From Chlorokybus atmophyticus (Eukaryota > Plantae > Mesostigma and Chlorokybus algae): a stretch of DNA of 64,000 nucleotides. The stretch spans positions 1,203,906 to 1,267,905 of the forward strand of contig RHPI01002048.1 of the NCBI GenBank assembly GCA_009103225.1, read 5' to 3'. The notes under the pieces were generated by a model. That model saw only the letters and a list, made by a program, of their open reading frames with translations, searched no databases and had not been told where the DNA came from. Position numbers and translations under genes: made by a program. Positions within the stretch are counted from its first letter, which is position 1. Each line of letters begins with the position of its first letter. Below, piece after piece: positions 61,145 through 64,000 of this stretch.

Positions 61145-62768
61145 ATGCGCGGCATCAAAGTGTGTAGCTTCTGCAAAGCATACTTGGTTAGGAATGGCAA
61201 CAACAGACGTCTGCAATAGCATGAAGAGAAGTGCAAGCTGTACAGTGAGCAGTATGGCTTCTATGAAGCCTGCTGGCACCACAAGGCAAGGGGGGACAAT
61301 GTGAGGCAATGCAGACTGCTGGCACAATGCATGAGGTCAGATTTCTTTGGGAGGAGTGCACTTGCCAGCAGTGCTCGCTTTCCAAGTTTGAGTGCGACGG
61401 CGAGCCCATGAATCACCTGCCTTGAGCACGGCCTGGAGCGTATCACGATGGGCAGATGTGCAATGTGGTTCGACGTCAGCTCGTGCGCAACGGTCGCGGC
61501 AAGTCCACTGTAATCGAAGACGATGTCAACAATAGGGTGAGTTGAACTGTCCTTGCAAACAGCAAAACAGCGCTTGCATGCATGACCAACTTACTCTTGA
61601 TTGCCAAAGGGGAACGCGGTTGTCAACGATGTCGCGACATTGGCTGCTTGGCGGAAGGAGATTGTTAATGAGGGGCAGTCTTTGGTAGCATGCCGCGGTG
61701 TGGTGTACTGGCCAGGAATGAGCTTATGGTATGCAGGCCACATCATCACTTTTTATGCCAACACAGGTATACTGCAAAGTATTAACATGCGCACGCTCAT
61801 GCAAGCACCGGCTCAGGCAAACATGTGGCTCAGGAAAACATACCATCAAGTACGACGATTTCGTTGAGGACCCATAGCTGCACCACATCTTGATAAAGAA
61901 CTAAAACATGGCAGCTGTGCGCGAGGGTTACGACGTAATGGTACGTGTTGGTGGTCAAAGCTGTCTGAAACTGCAAGACTTGCCTGGTCGAGAGCTCGAT
62001 CGGTGGCCCAAGCCCCCACCCCTTCTGATCACACGCACACCAATAGACTCAAACGGAAGACGTTGCAGGCCGCGCGCACTGGATCTCTTTTGCGGCGCTG
62101 GTGGTGTAGCCATGGGTCTGTACATGGCAGGGTTTGATGTTGAGGGCATCGACAACAAGCCACAACCATCATACCCATTCAAGTTCTGCCAGATGGATGC
62201 AATGGACGCTGACCCGACAGCATACGCTACGATGTGGGCAAGTCCTCCATGTCAAGCTCTAAGTGGGGCCATTCCCACTACACAGCGCTCCGCGTACGGC
62301 AATCGATGGGAGCACGTCAACCTGATTGACCCCATAAGAGCCAAGTTGTAGTTGAGCGGCAAGGCATGGGTGATAGAGAATGTCGCAGGCGCATCAGGAC
62401 ACATGACAACTCACCTGAAGCTGTGTGGCACCATGTTCAAGTTGGATGTGTATCGTCATCGCATCTTTGAGACAAACCCTCCACTGCACTCAGACTTGAA
62501 ATGCAACCACACTGGTTGTGCACTTGGAGAGCTGGCCACCCACCCGGAGCAGCGCCGGCAGTTGCTACCTGGGGAGAGGCAAATTTACCCGGTGTACGGC
62601 CAAGCATCTTGCCGTGGCACCATTGCAGGGTGGCGGTCTGCCATGCAGGTGGAGTGGATGGATGCGGAATCGGAAGTCAAGAATGCCATTCCACCAACTT
62701 ACTCTGATGTAGGCAGGCTGTTGCTGGAAGCAATAGGCTTCACTGTTGATCACCCTCCTTTTTACTGA
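61145..62768 (+). pseudogene. Spliced Zn-finger / Tudor / cytosine-5 DNA methyltransferase gene (introns 61537-61609 and 61767-61833), disrupted
   Basis: CSFC..HEEKC finger; Tudor VVYWPGMSLWYAGHIITFYANTG|KHTIKYDD in frame with the MTase; motifs I DLFCGAGG (62082), IV SPPCQ (62241), VI ENV (62376), VIII YRHRIFE, X NAIPP; stops at 61217, 61423, 61875, 61902, 62349 and a probable frameshift in the G-run ~61290. Confidence 0.85.
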
Positions 62769-63235
62769 AAGGTAGAGGTAGCTCTTGATTGCTGGCCACT
62801 TTGTTAGCCTGAACTTAAACCCAACAACAGAATGAGCGACCCGATAAAGTCAGCAAGAGGTCTTAATCACGAGGATGCCTCTGTTTGCCAGCACGGGAAA
62901 GACTGACCTGCTGGGCAGGGTCTCTTTCAGAGCACCTTCATGCCCAATTGCGCCGTCCGCCCACCCGAGACTAGACCTCCTGCGGGTTCACTGCGAACGC
63001 AGGGTATGGTCCAATTAAAGCTGACTCGCGAATGTCATGAACCAGAGGCTCTGAGCGTGTGCACAAAGTCTACAGTACGTCGCTGACTTGCGCGAGACGG
63101 CTCTGCAGGACCACATCCTGCGTTCGCAGTAAACCCGCACGAGGTTTTGTGTCGGGTGGGTGGGCGGAGAAGGAGAATTTCTAGGTTGCTGTGCGCATGC
63201 GTTTAGTTGCGTGCAATCTTTGGACACATGCCGGT

Positions 63236-63925
63236 TTCAGCGGTTGCCGGGGCCAGTACGAGGGCGGCATGTCAACAGCAGCAAGAGGTGTTCTCTCGGG
63301 TGGGTGGGGGGAGAAGGACTGCCAGCCTGAGTTGCCATATCACAAACAGCAACCCAACCCCAGCGGCAGGTACAACCGCCGTCCATTCAAAAGCCCTGGA
63401 GCAGATCGCGACCAACAAGTTCCCAGCAGAGGCTGGAGGTGGTTGAGAAGGTGAAATGCAATCACAGTTAGTATATGCACAAGAGCGATGCATACCTTTT
63501 GACTTACTGCGGACTTCTGTTACCACCTCCACTCTACAAGTGTTGTCACACTTACCTGTGCGCCGTGACTGCATACAAGCGGTTCAGCGGTTGCCGGGGC
63601 CAGTACGAGGGCGGCATGTCAACAGCAGCAAGAGGTGTTCTCTCGGGTGGGTGGGGGGAGAAGGACTGCCAGCCTGAGTTGCCATATCACAAACAGCAAC
63701 CCAACCCCAGCGGCAGGTACAACCGCCGTCCATTCAAAAGCCCTGGAGCAGATCGCGACCAACAAGTTCCATGCAGAGGCTGGAGGTGGTTGAGAAGGTG
63801 AAATGCAATCACAGTTAGTATATGCACAAGAGCGATGCATACCTTTTGACTTACTGCGGACTTCTGTTACCACCTCCACTCTACAAGTGCTGTCACACTT
63901 ACCTGTGCGCCGTGACTGCATACAA
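63236..63925. repeat. Near-identical 347-bp tandem duplication (2 copies)
   Basis: Units start at 63236 and 63583; only a few substitutions. Confidence 0.95.
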
Positions 63926-64000
63926 ACAGCAGCCAGCAAGGCTCCCAAGGCAGTGCGTTCGCAGTGAACCCGCGTGCAGTCGGGATGATCCTAAGCATAC

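Larger units (their letters stand above)
53030..64000. mobile_element. CACTA/EnSpm-like DNA transposon with CACCGGT left terminus (right end not in window)
   Basis: CACCGGT at the exact point where Copia D stops; AT-rich subterminal region with repeated motif; Tnp2-family transposase domains; no ACCGGTG seen up to 64000, so the right extent is inferred. Confidence 0.75.

Noticed and set aside
61145-62768. TAA/TAG read as Gln (ulvophyte-type non-canonical code) or programmed readthrough, which would make the MTase intact
   Set aside because: In-frame TGA codons and frameshifts also interrupt these genes. Elsewhere TAG replaces Ser (36946, ~5930) and TGA replaces Trp (~8535, ~48793), so ordinary decay explains the stops. 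Not fully excluded without host-gene codon data.
61908-62768. Bacterial restriction-modification system or contaminant contig
   Set aside because: No cognate nuclease or operon context; the frame is continuous with intron-split eukaryotic domains and is flanked by spliced genes

Overview
Eukaryotic, intron-bearing, almost entirely transposon-derived DNA, probably from a green alga or streptophyte alga (inferred from element types, short GT-AG introns and a telo-box). Positions 8.9-53 kb form a deeply nested stack. A PHD-bearing Ty3/Gypsy element is split by an L1 LINE, by non-autonomous CACCGGT-terminated DNA elements and by a Copia. These in turn hold chromoviruses, a TRIM, a solo LTR, a foldback MITE and a pogo/Tigger element. 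Most ORFs are decayed. The stand-out region is 53030-64000, a CACTA/EnSpm-like transposon with a CACCGGT terminus and two divergent spliced genes. One is a transposase that appears to read through into an NSD-type PHD-C5HCH histone-reader module, SIM-like motifs and a Ulp1/C48 SUMO protease. The other encodes a Zn finger, a Tudor domain and a compact prokaryote/phage-like cytosine-5 DNA methyltransferase. Both genes carry stops explainable by single C>T changes, so this copy is probably inactive. The far terminus is outside the window, so placing the methyltransferase inside the element is an inference.
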